64,000 bases of DNA from a virus (lineage: Duplodnaviria > Caudoviricetes), in the IMG/VR virus record IMGVR_UViG_3300021426_000072, positions 63,248 to 127,247 of that record; one strand, 5' to 3'. Below, in pieces: positions 29,077-38,831 of the stretch. How positions within the stretch are numbered: the stretch's first letter is position 1; the number at the start of each line of letters is the position of its first letter. Both the position numbers and the translations under genes were made by a program. Below the pieces are notes generated by a model. It searched no databases. It worked only from the letters and a program-made list of their open reading frames with translations, and had not been told where the DNA came from.

Positions 29077-31926
29077 ATGTCTGAGAAAACATATCTTAAA
29101 GAGCAAATTAGATTAGTATCATTGTCTAGCTATGATCTGTTTACAGATGAGGAATATGACCTCTATATGCAAATAGTAAAATTAAAAAATCAACTGGATT
29201 TGTTGGATGAAGAGGAATACGATCCTGATGAAAGAAAGCAGCTTCTTGCTGATAAGAAAAAGGCAAGGATCTCTCTTGAACGTTTAATTGCAGAGCATGA
29301 AAATATTCCTCGAACAGTAAGACTGTCATCTGTAATTTATTATCCTAAATATGCGGAATATCCATTCCCGGAAGGCATTACATATAATAATCTGAAAACA
29401 AACAAGAAGATTGCTGAGTTTTGTTGTGAACTGTCCAGAGCTATGGGTCTAAAGAATCTCGACCGAACTCTGGACTTAGTTGTTATGAAATGGAAAAACA
29501 CAGAAATTCTCAGGCAAATTGTTATAAATGGATTTTATATGCCAATTCTCACAGAGGACGGTGTGGTGAAAAAACATTATCGGTTCTTTACTGCAAGCAG
29601 CGGACAATTAAGAACAGATAAGTTTATGGCAATTTCAGATGATGCATGGGCGAAAATCCGAGACAGACTTGAATGCGGGGTTGGATGGAAAGAGATTAAC
29701 GCTAAAGGCGGAATTAATGCTAATAAGCTGAGTGCTTATGAAGCTCTTCCTAACTCAGCGACAGAAGAGTGGACAGACTTTGATATTGACAGAATGATTG
29801 TAGTCGATGACTTTGAAGGAGAAGTTACAGACCGCATGATTTATATTAAGCCTGATTACACATGGGAGTCCGGGGTTAAGACTGTGAAGATAAAACACAC
29901 CGACGGGTGTGGCATGATTCTCCCGTCTGTTTCGGGCGGTAACTTTATGATTAGGGCTCCTTACATTAAAGGGCTTCTTATTGTCTTCGACTTTATAAAG
30001 TTCTGTAAAGTTAACAATGTTCCGGCTGTTGTTACGGACATTTACGGTAAAGAACATGATTTAATTAAAGAAAATATTCAAATTATCATCTTTAAAAGTA
30101 TGTTTAAACTATGGAAATATTATAACAGCTGGGATGAATATAAAGAACATTTCAAAAAGAATAAATGCAAAGTTGGCAAGACGAATTATGAAGAAGAATA
30201 TCTGGCAAACAAAGCGTTAAACTATCAAATGATTCAAACTCTTACAGACTTTACAGATGAAGAAATAAAAGAATTTGTTAAATATGAGCATGATCGAATT
30301 CAAGGAATAACAAAAGATAGAGATGCAATGTTGAAAACTTTGAGGGCTAGTCCAGATTCTGAACAGCCGTATAAAGCAGCATTGGCATTATATCCAGAAC
30401 TGTTACGGGAAGCTTATAGTAAAGAATCATTAAAGAACATCAGGAAAAGAATGCTCCTTGATGCCAAGTCAGGTAAGCTGAAGCTTAATAAAGAAAAGGG
30501 TGGCAACAAAAGACTGTTTGCTTGTCCTGACTTATATGGAATTTGTGAGTGGTTGTTCTGCCATGATCCAAAGCCGAAAGGCCTTTTGAGAAATGGTGAA
30601 GTTGCCTGTAAGATATTCAGGCGACATGACAAGGTGGATGTTCTAAGATCGCCTCACCTTTCGATGGAACATGGGCTGAGAAATGTAGCTCACGATCCGA
30701 GCATATATGAATGGTTCTGTACGAACGGATTATACAGTTCGTTACATGATTTACTGAGCCGACTTTTGCAACTGGATTGGGATGGCGACCAATTAAACGT
30801 AGTTGCAGATCCATTGTTTGTTTCAATAGCAGAGAGAAACATCAAAAAATATGATGTAATTCCATTGTTTTATGATGCAGATACGGCAGATGCAGAGAAA
30901 ATTGATTTTGAAGCAATGTATCGTGCATTAAAACGAGCTCATGACTTCTCTGCTGGAGAAATTACAAGCATCGGTGAGATATCCAACATGCTGACAAGAT
31001 TATGGAATAAAGATAATCCTGATCGGGATGTTGCAAATCTTCTTACAATGTTTAACAATCTGGTGATTGATGCTGCAAAGTCCGGCAAAATAAATCATTA
31101 TAAAGATTATCCTCAAGTAGCAAAGAGAATAGGCAGAGCTACCGGAGGTAAAAATGGACGTATGCCATATTGGTTCAAGTACAGTAAAAACGGCAGAAAG
31201 AATGTTTCACAGAATAAAGATAAAAAGTATGGCGAACTGAACAGCTCTACCATGAGCCGTATTTGTATGGCATTTTCCGACATAGGAAACATCAATATGA
31301 ATTATGCCGGAATTCCTCAGTTCAATTGGCAAATGCTGCTTAGTGAGCCATGCCCAAATTCAAAACCTGAAATCCAGGAAATGTTCTGTGAAATGGATAA
31401 CGCAAATAAAGCATCTGTAATTGAATCACAGGATGTGTCCTATACAAGTGAAAAGCAATTAGTAAATGGATATGCAATCGTAGCAGAAGATATTATCAAC
31501 AGAATGATTGAAAGATACGGTTCTCTCGAAACTGTATATCCTTATATAGCCAAATATTTATTCGCGGGTGAGGGACAGAACAAGTCTGCTCACAAGCAAA
31601 TGTTCTGGCGAGTATTTGGCGAGATTGCTTTAAGAAATATTAAGGCTAACCTTACCAACTGCGATACTTGCCCTTCTTGTGGGATAAAAATACCAAGCTG
31701 GGTAAAGAATCATATTTGCATAAAGAATACACAAGGGTTTTATGAGTGCATAGACTGTGGAGCTATGTGCGAAAGAAAGAACCCTCTTCAATGCAGATGT
31801 GAAGGTTGTCAGGAAAAATACAGAGCAATAACAAAGAAAGCCCGTCAGAGAGAAAGAAGAGAATTGCATAAGGAGTTGATCGCAAAACGTACTACAGTCT
31901 TGCAATCGTTCTCGACAGAGATGTAA
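29077..31926 (+). CDS. YonO-like single-subunit two-barrel DNA-dependent RNA polymerase
   Basis: LDWDGD catalytic motif, RSPH, TDGCG, IRAPYIKG, IDAAKSG; C-terminal Zn ribbons. Confidence 0.82.
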   Translation: MSEKTYLKEQIRLVSLSSYDLFTDEEYDLYMQIVKLKNQLDLLDEEEYDPDERKQLLADKKKARISLERLIAEHENIPRTVRLSSVIYYPKYAEYPFPEGITYNNLKTNKKIAEFCCELSRAMGLKNLDRTLDLVVMKWKNTEILRQIVINGFYMPILTEDGVVKKHYRFFTASSGQLRTDKFMAISDDAWAKIRDRLECGVGWKEINAKGGINANKLSAYEALPNSATEEWTDFDIDRMIVVDDFEGEVTDRMIYIKPDYTWESGVKTVKIKHTDGCGMILPSVSGGNFMIRAPYIKGLLIVFDFIKFCKVNNVPAVVTDIYGKEHDLIKENIQIIIFKSMFKLWKYYNSWDEYKEHFKKNKCKVGKTNYEEEYLANKALNYQMIQTLTDFTDEEIKEFVKYEHDRIQGITKDRDAMLKTLRASPDSEQPYKAALALYPELLREAYSKESLKNIRKRMLLDAKSGKLKLNKEKGGNKRLFACPDLYGICEWLFCHDPKPKGLLRNGEVACKIFRRHDKVDVLRSPHLSMEHGLRNVAHDPSIYEWFCTNGLYSSLHDLLSRLLQLDWDGDQLNVVADPLFVSIAERNIKKYDVIPLFYDADTADAEKIDFEAMYRALKRAHDFSAGEITSIGEISNMLTRLWNKDNPDRDVANLLTMFNNLVIDAAKSGKINHYKDYPQVAKRIGRATGGKNGRMPYWFKYSKNGRKNVSQNKDKKYGELNSSTMSRICMAFSDIGNINMNYAGIPQFNWQMLLSEPCPNSKPEIQEMFCEMDNANKASVIESQDVSYTSEKQLVNGYAIVAEDIINRMIERYGSLETVYPYIAKYLFAGEGQNKSAHKQMFWRVFGEIALRNIKANLTNCDTCPSCGIKIPSWVKNHICIKNTQGFYECIDCGAMCERKNPLQCRCEGCQEKYRAITKKARQRERRELHKELIAKRTTVLQSFSTEM

Positions 31927-32060
31927 AAAACGGAAGTTTCTGGCCTTCATATGTTTTATGTTCAGCTAATACTACTTCAGAGAAGAGGTCTGGCTGGAGA
32001 GTCTTAAAACAATATGGCAGAAAATATAAACAAAATCTCTCTAAAATCCTTGTAACCTCG

Positions 32061-32372
32061 ATGTTCGGGCATGAAGACATGATTAATTATCTTTCTGACT
32101 ACAGGACGCAGGATAAATTTAAAGGAAAGCATTACTATCCCAGTGGGGCGCTATGTTGGTTTGAAACAAATCAGTATGGCGACCCTGCCGGGTCAGTATA
32201 TTACATCAAGAAAGTTCCAGACATGGAGCTTCTTGATAAACCAAGAAGGCAGCGTGGATTCAAAAAACTGATCGCAGACAACAAAAGAGAAATAACGTTA
32301 AAAGAAAAGTTAACAAAAGCACAACAGGATATGGAGATCAGAGAATTTACAAAACCTAAAATGTATCAATAG
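32061..32372 (+). CDS. Hypothetical protein (frame open from 31872)
   Basis: ORF track; no stop for 63 codons upstream of the ATG. Confidence 0.45.
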   Translation: MFGHEDMINYLSDYRTQDKFKGKHYYPSGALCWFETNQYGDPAGSVYYIKKVPDMELLDKPRRQRGFKKLIADNKREITLKEKLTKAQQDMEIREFTKPKMYQ

Positions 32373-32385
32373 AAAGGATGTTATT

Positions 32386-33126
32386 ATGGCTACAAAGAAA
32401 GTACAGACAGAAGAACCGGAAGTAAAAGAAATTGAACAGGAAAACTCAAATATAAGGTTTTATCGCCAGTTTGCTACAACACCGGAATCAGCCAAGAGGA
32501 CGATTGGTGCTGGCAGACTGAAAGGCTATACGGATATCAATCCGATGTGGCGTATTAAGCGGTTAACTGAAGTTTTTGGGCCTGCTGGTTTCGGTTGGTG
32601 GACACAGGATGAAAAGTTCACATATGAACCGTGTGAAACAGGTGAGATTGCTGTTTTCTGTTCATTACAGCTTGTCGTTGTAGATCCTGAAACGCACGAA
32701 CAGAGCCATCCAATCTCAGGATTTGGTGGAAATAAGTTTGTTGCGAATGAAACAAAGGGAAAATACTGCAATGACGAAGCAATGAAGATGGCATATACGG
32801 ATGCCCTTGCGATTGCTTGCAAGGCACTGGGATTCTCACACGATGTTTATTATGCGGGCGACCGTACTAAGTACTCTCTGGAAGAAGATGCAGCTAAGAA
32901 TAGCGGAGGAGCAGAAGATATTGAAGCGCTTCAGGCTATTACGAAGCGAATCCAGAACGGTATTGGGATGGTAACAAAAGATATGACAGAGGAACAGAAG
33001 GCTGAGTTCACCCAGAATGTCATTGTAAAACATATCGGCGGGATCAATTATATGACCTGCAAGGATATGAACAAACTCAATGCTCTGCTTAAAGAACTGC
33101 TTGGTTTAGCTAAGAAAGCTGCTTAA
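32386..33126 (+). CDS. Rad52/Sak-like single-strand annealing protein
   Basis: YTDINPMWRIKRLTEVFGPAGFGW and KMAYTDALAIACKALG; adjacent to SSB. Confidence 0.7.
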   Translation: MATKKVQTEEPEVKEIEQENSNIRFYRQFATTPESAKRTIGAGRLKGYTDINPMWRIKRLTEVFGPAGFGWWTQDEKFTYEPCETGEIAVFCSLQLVVVDPETHEQSHPISGFGGNKFVANETKGKYCNDEAMKMAYTDALAIACKALGFSHDVYYAGDRTKYSLEEDAAKNSGGAEDIEALQAITKRIQNGIGMVTKDMTEEQKAEFTQNVIVKHIGGINYMTCKDMNKLNALLKELLGLAKKAA

Positions 33127-33305
33127 AGCAAACCCGCCAGTCTGAGCAGCGACACGATGCGTTGACTCCAACACTGGCGTTACGCTTCTCCAGAGCCTCT
33201 TCTGGAGAATTCTCTTTGCCAAAAAAGACACTAACAACAAAAGAAACAAAAAAGCAGAGAAAAATATGAAAGAGGTAAGAAAAGAAATGTAAGGTGGTAA
33301 CCATT

Positions 33306-33683
33306 ATGGCAAATTGTGCGAAAGTTTCACTCACTGGTCGAATCGTTAAAGAACCAAAGCAAACCCCGTATCAAACCTCAACTGTTGTTTCTTTCCCTAT
33401 GGCTGTAAACACAGTGAAAAAGGAAGGGAATAAATATATCTCCGATTTTTACAACATCAGCGTTTGGGGCAAGAGCGCAGAGTTTATCTTTCCGCGAATT
33501 AAGAACGGGATGCTGGTTCATGTTTATGGAGATCTGACTCTCCAGACATATAAAACTAAAACTGGAGAAGAAAGACAGAGTTTAAGCGTCAGAGCAACTG
33601 AAGTGTTGCCTCTTGAGTTTAACAAGAATGAATCTCGCAAAGAACCCGACGACGAAGATGATGCAACGCCGCCGCCGTTCTAA
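33306..33683 (+). CDS. ssb: Single-stranded DNA-binding protein
   Basis: VSLTGRI, FYNISVWGK, acidic tail ending PPF. Confidence 0.88.
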   Translation: MANCAKVSLTGRIVKEPKQTPYQTSTVVSFPMAVNTVKKEGNKYISDFYNISVWGKSAEFIFPRIKNGMLVHVYGDLTLQTYKTKTGEERQSLSVRATEVLPLEFNKNESRKEPDDEDDATPPPF

Positions 33684-33797
33684 TTAAAGCTTCTTTATCA
33701 AGTAATGAATATAAAAGCATATGATATTAAATGCAAAGATTATGTGGATATATTCTCAGCTAATGTGATTAACTGATTCATTTTGAGAAAATTTGCT

Positions 33798-33895
33798 AAT
33801 TCGACTGCTGTAGTCGCTCTGACGAGCGATACAGCAGCGAATTTTAATCAAATTAATACTTTTAAACAAGGCTTGAAAAGTATTAATTAGTTGAT
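33798..33895. other. Two long adjacent inverted repeats between ssb and primase-helicase (candidate origin)
   Basis: CTGCTGTA-G-TCGCTC-TGAC-GAGCGA-TACAGCAG and ATTAATACTTTT/AAAAGTATTAAT in an AT-rich gap. Confidence 0.5.
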
Positions 33896-33946
33896 AAAGA
33901 AAATTTTTTAAACAACAGAAATCATATACAAAAGAAATAAAGAAAG

Positions 33947-35824
33947 GTGACTACTATGGATAATATGACGGCTGCTGTAATCAATATTGCAGAGAAGCAT
34001 AACTTTGAAGAATGGCGTATCGTAGGAGACGAACTTCAGGTTAAAGGTGTATGTCCTATTTGTAAAGGCGGTAGGAACGGAGATCGAGGAACGTTTGCTG
34101 TCAATATAACATCCGGTGTTTGGAATTGTAAACGTGGTAATTGCGAAGGCATTGACGGCAAAGGAAAACGAGAAGGCACATTTCGTCAGCTTTGTAATTA
34201 CTTCGGTGAAAAGGTTCCTGAAGGATATTCTCTTCCTACGGTATCTCTTCAGCAGAAGAAAATATATGTACGTCCAGATGAAAACATTATCTTTCCTATG
34301 ACTGAAGAAATTGTTCGTTATTTTGCAACTCGCAGAATTTCTGAACAAACTCTCCTTGATTGGAAGATCGGTGCCGACAAAGATGGAAACATTATATTTC
34401 CTTTTTATCGGGATGGCGAACTTATTTATGTTAAATATCGCAAACCGAAAAAGCATAACAAGGAAGACAAGTCCCCTAAAGAATGGGCTATGGCAAAAAC
34501 TGAGCCAATTCTGTTTGGTATGGATATGACTGACTTTGCCAAGCCGTTAATCATTACTGAAGGTGAAATTGATGCAATGGCTTTGTATGAAGCTAATGTA
34601 TCTAATGTCGTATCTGTTCCTTCTGGATGTAACAATCTTGAATGGGTAAATCTTTGCTGGGAATATCTTGAAAAATTTAACAACATTATTTTGTTTGGAG
34701 ATTCCGACGAAGCCGGATTGGAAATGATGTCTGTTTTGTCTAAGCGGCTTGGTGAAGACAGATGTATGATTCCGAATGAATATCCTGAATGCGTCATAGA
34801 TGGGCACGACCTCAATCGGATTTGCAAAGATGCTAATGAAATACTTTCATGTTATGGACCTGAATATCTGAAGCAGATGGTGGAAAGTTGCGAGCCTGCC
34901 CCAATTAAGGGTGTGCTTGAACTTTCTAAAATCCCGTTTATTGATCCAGCCAGCGTTCCGAGGATCATGACTAAAATTCCAGCTCTTGATAACATGATTG
35001 GCGGTCTTGCAGAAGGCGGATTAACTGTAGTTAGCGGAAAAAGAGGAGAGGGTAAATCAACACTTGCAGGTCCAATTCTGCTTTCTGGAATTGAACAAGG
35101 ATATACTGTTTGTGCTTATTCTGGAGAACTTTCTGCGTATAAGTTTCTTGAATGGATTATGCTTCAAGCAACCGAAAGAAAATATATTTCGTATAAAACC
35201 GACGAAAGGTCTGGCAAGAACATCTGTTTTGTTGATGAGAATATTCAGAAACGAATCAAGTCTTGGTTAGAAGGAAAGTTCTATCTGTATGACAACACAA
35301 ATGTACAGGATGAAAAGCAAACAGATACGATTCTGAAAGTATTTGAAGCGTGTGCAAGAAGATATGGTTGCAAACTTTTCTTAGTCGATAACCTCATGTC
35401 TGCGCTTTGTTCTCCTGATGAAGAGAATAAAGCACAAGGAAAATTTACTAAGCAGTTAAAAGCATTTGCAAATAAGTATAAGGCACATGTTATTATCGTT
35501 GCTCATCCTCGTAAAACAGCCGTTGGAACAACATTCAGCAATGATGATGTTAGTGGAAATTCTGCTATTACAAATCTTGCTGATAATGTTTTTAACGTAG
35601 AAAAATCTCCAAAGGGAATCCGCGTCACAAAGAATCGTGAATTTGGTATTGAAGGCTTTATTCCTACTTGTTACGATCCGGCAAACAGAAGGATTTTCCA
35701 ACTAAAGGTTGGTGATCATCTGACATATGGTTGGGATCACGAAGGCATTGAACTTCCAGAGAATCCGGCTGCAATTCTTGATGAGTTTTCCGTAGACGAT
35801 GGATGCGCCACAGAACCAATTTAA
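33947..35824 (+). CDS. Bifunctional primase-helicase (T7 gp4/Twinkle-like)
   Basis: N-terminal CPIC Zn finger; TOPRIM ITEGEID, DSD and KDAN; Walker A GKRGEGKS; VDNL; VAHPRK. Confidence 0.9.
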   Translation: MTTMDNMTAAVINIAEKHNFEEWRIVGDELQVKGVCPICKGGRNGDRGTFAVNITSGVWNCKRGNCEGIDGKGKREGTFRQLCNYFGEKVPEGYSLPTVSLQQKKIYVRPDENIIFPMTEEIVRYFATRRISEQTLLDWKIGADKDGNIIFPFYRDGELIYVKYRKPKKHNKEDKSPKEWAMAKTEPILFGMDMTDFAKPLIITEGEIDAMALYEANVSNVVSVPSGCNNLEWVNLCWEYLEKFNNIILFGDSDEAGLEMMSVLSKRLGEDRCMIPNEYPECVIDGHDLNRICKDANEILSCYGPEYLKQMVESCEPAPIKGVLELSKIPFIDPASVPRIMTKIPALDNMIGGLAEGGLTVVSGKRGEGKSTLAGPILLSGIEQGYTVCAYSGELSAYKFLEWIMLQATERKYISYKTDERSGKNICFVDENIQKRIKSWLEGKFYLYDNTNVQDEKQTDTILKVFEACARRYGCKLFLVDNLMSALCSPDEENKAQGKFTKQLKAFANKYKAHVIIVAHPRKTAVGTTFSNDDVSGNSAITNLADNVFNVEKSPKGIRVTKNREFGIEGFIPTCYDPANRRIFQLKVGDHLTYGWDHEGIELPENPAAILDEFSVDDGCATEPI

Positions 35825-36001
35825 GGAGTTTTTATGAAAACAGAAATTGTTATCAAGGTGGATGAAAATAAATTAACAATACAAGAAGCCAAAAGTGAAA
35901 TGGTTGAATATAAAATCACTACATGGCCAGGTGCTATTGACGAAATCTGTGAAAACTTACACGATTATCTCGAAGGGCTTGGCTGAAAGGAGCGAGCCCT
36001 T

Positions 36002-36853
36002 ATGAGTTTACTTGGGGATAACCATGTATATTCTTATTCACAATTAAGTTCTTTCGATGAATGCAGATACGGATTCTATCTTCGAAGAATTGAAGGAATG
36101 GAAGAACCAACAAGCAATGCGTTTGCCGAAAGAGGAACGTTAATACATGACCTACTGGATAAGTGGGCGAAAAAGATATTAACGAAACCAGAGATGATTA
36201 AAGAGTACGAACAAAGATATTCTGATGAAGTCGTTTCTTCGTGGCCCAGAGTGCTTTCGTCAAAAGGTTATGCAGCAAAGGCTTATGAAAAAGGAATTCA
36301 GTTTCTTGAAGCTTTTGATGAGTTTGAAGGTTATGAGGTACTTTCTGCGGAAGAAAAATTCAAAATTGATCTTCCGTTAACCAATGGAGAAACAAGACCA
36401 TTTATCGGCATTGTTGATATGATGCTGAGAGAAAAGTCTTCAGGCGATTTAATCATCTGTGACCATAAATCCAAATCTCTTCAATCTTTTAAAAAAGATC
36501 AGGATGAAATGTACAGACAGCAATTACTGTACACGGCTTATGTGAAAGAGAAATATGGGCAATATCCTCAGCAACTCATGTTTCATTTGTTCAATGAAGA
36601 CGGGGTAAAACCATCAAGGTTATTTACAGAAGATCAATACAAAGAAGCTTTGGGATGGGCAACAAAACAAATTCTTGGTATCGAAAAATGCTCTGTAATT
36701 GACTGGCTTGTGTGTAAAGAAAAGCCTGACTATTTTTGTTGGAATCTTTGTGACGCAAGGAAACAATGTCCAAACGGGGTGCAACCAGACTTCAGATCAA
36801 AGAAGAAAAATGATGAATATGAAGGTTTTAAAGACGAAGGCGATTTATTTTAA
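36002..36853 (+). CDS. PD-(D/E)XK exonuclease (RecB/Cas4-like)
   Basis: YSYSQL..FDEC, RGTLIH, GIVD, CDHKS, QQLLY, C-terminal Cys cluster. Confidence 0.85.
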   Translation: MSLLGDNHVYSYSQLSSFDECRYGFYLRRIEGMEEPTSNAFAERGTLIHDLLDKWAKKILTKPEMIKEYEQRYSDEVVSSWPRVLSSKGYAAKAYEKGIQFLEAFDEFEGYEVLSAEEKFKIDLPLTNGETRPFIGIVDMMLREKSSGDLIICDHKSKSLQSFKKDQDEMYRQQLLYTAYVKEKYGQYPQQLMFHLFNEDGVKPSRLFTEDQYKEALGWATKQILGIEKCSVIDWLVCKEKPDYFCWNLCDARKQCPNGVQPDFRSKKKNDEYEGFKDEGDLF

Positions 36854-36879
36854 ATCGTATTTACAAAAGGAGATTAAAG

Positions 36880-37968
36880 ATGAAATTTGGTAAAACATTA
36901 ACAGAACTTGCAATGGAACTGGACAGACAGAACAATGCAAAGAAAGATTATATTGTAGACACGAGAAATATGCAGATGGATGCCTTTGTGGATAATGCTC
37001 AACTTAATATCCGCAATGACAAAACCGGGCAGACTTTGATTCTGAATGTTAACGAGGTTGTGCATAATCAGATTGGTACAGCACTTGGTATTCCTGCGAA
37101 ATACTATGATAAGATGAGGGCTGACAATCCTGAACTGCTTGCAGCGAATGTCAATAGTTGGTTTGAAAAGACACCAAAGGCGCATATGGTTCGTACTCTG
37201 GATGGTACGGCACGGGCGTTTCTTTCGGATTCTTATCGCCGTATTGATAACTATGATATCGCCCAGACAGTATTGCCAATTCTGAGTGATGTCTTTGATG
37301 TATCGAATCCTCAAAACTCTTTCGAAGTAACAGATGAGCGTCTATATCTGAAGGTTCTCAATCCAAGACTTACAACTGAAGTTGTGCCTGGAGACATCGT
37401 TCAGGCAGGTATCCTTATCACAAATTCTGAGGTTGGCCTTGGATCTCTGACTGTTCAGCCTCTTGTGTATCGACTAGTATGCTCCAACGGCATGGTTGTG
37501 AACGATGCAAGAATGCGCAAATATCATGCTGGACGAAAGAATGAAGCCGCTGAAGATTTTGTAGTTTACAGCTCCGATACCCTTGAAGCTGATGACCGGG
37601 CTCTTCAGTTGAAGATTCGTGATACCGTGAAAGCAGTTGCAGAACAGGCTCGATTTGAAAGAGTTGTTGATCTGATGCGAGCTGCCAAGGACGCAAAAAT
37701 TACAGCGAGTGTTCCTGCTGTGGTTGAACTTGCTGCGCCGGATTTTGGCTATACGAAACAAGAAGGACAAGGAATTCTGGACTATCTGATTCGCGGCGGA
37801 GATCTGTCCATGTATGGATTTGCTAATGCTGTTACTCGGTTTGCGCAGGATGTAAAGTCCTATGATAGAAGTACAGCTCTTGAATCTGTTGGATATTCCA
37901 TTATGACAATGGGCAATCGGAAGTGGAATAACCTTCAGAGTGCTGCTGAAGAAAATATGGTGGCATAA
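36880..37968 (+). CDS. DUF932/DUF945-family phage protein
   Basis: RAFLSDSY, NSEVGLGS, YRLVCSNG motifs. Confidence 0.75.
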   Translation: MKFGKTLTELAMELDRQNNAKKDYIVDTRNMQMDAFVDNAQLNIRNDKTGQTLILNVNEVVHNQIGTALGIPAKYYDKMRADNPELLAANVNSWFEKTPKAHMVRTLDGTARAFLSDSYRRIDNYDIAQTVLPILSDVFDVSNPQNSFEVTDERLYLKVLNPRLTTEVVPGDIVQAGILITNSEVGLGSLTVQPLVYRLVCSNGMVVNDARMRKYHAGRKNEAAEDFVVYSSDTLEADDRALQLKIRDTVKAVAEQARFERVVDLMRAAKDAKITASVPAVVELAAPDFGYTKQEGQGILDYLIRGGDLSMYGFANAVTRFAQDVKSYDRSTALESVGYSIMTMGNRKWNNLQSAAEENMVA

Positions 37969-38831
37969 AAAATGGACGAAACAAAAATGTTTGAGTTTTT
38001 CTGGGATGACTTAACAGAAGAATGTCAAAAAAGACTTTATGAATTTCTTGGTGGCGAAAATGGAAACTATGATGTAATTCCTTTTGCTACACTTGAAATC
38101 GCAGTAGAAGAATAAGAACGCCACAGCTACAGGCATATCTTTAACATCAGAACAAAATGTTCGCATTCACGATGCCCGCATCGTCAATTGTCATCTCTAA
38201 GATATGCACAGCGTACTCGGGAGCGATGGAGGGATACTGATCAACCCAAGCTTGAGAGGGGATAGGGCTCAAGCTAGAAGTTTATAGACGCTATGGTGTC
38301 TTCGATTAAAGCTTCGCATCATAGCGCATTTTAATTATTTATATTTAGAATTGTGAGGAATGAACTTATGGCTAATTGGGTAAACGGAAGCATTACTCCT
38401 TTTGGAACGAAAGAAAAAATTAAAGCTTTTACAGATTATATGAACAGTAAAGAAGAATGGAAAGATGTTATAAATAGAAATTGTCCGCCTGAAATGAAAG
38501 AAAATGAAATTCACATTTATGATAATGATGTAGGTCACGCAATTGATATGGCAGAAGAAATGGAGGAAAAGTTCAGAGATACTCCTTTCCGTTTCTTTGT
38601 TTGTGATGAAATGAATGGTATTGGTTGGGGCATTAATTATATGGCTGGTATTGAAACCTGTATTTTATGCGAAGAAAGGCATAACGACGAAGGTGAATAT
38701 TGGCTAGAGCCAACGGAAATTACAAGCGAACATGTATCAGACGAATATATCTTAAAGAGAAAAGAAGCAAGAGAGAATGAAAATCAAAATGATCCCGAAC
38801 CATTTTGATGTTTGCATTTGAAAAATAAGGA

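Noticed and set aside
36002-36853. Cas4-like nuclease as part of the RAMP system
   Set aside because: It lies 18 kb away inside the replication/recombination operon, where such exonucleases are routine in phages.
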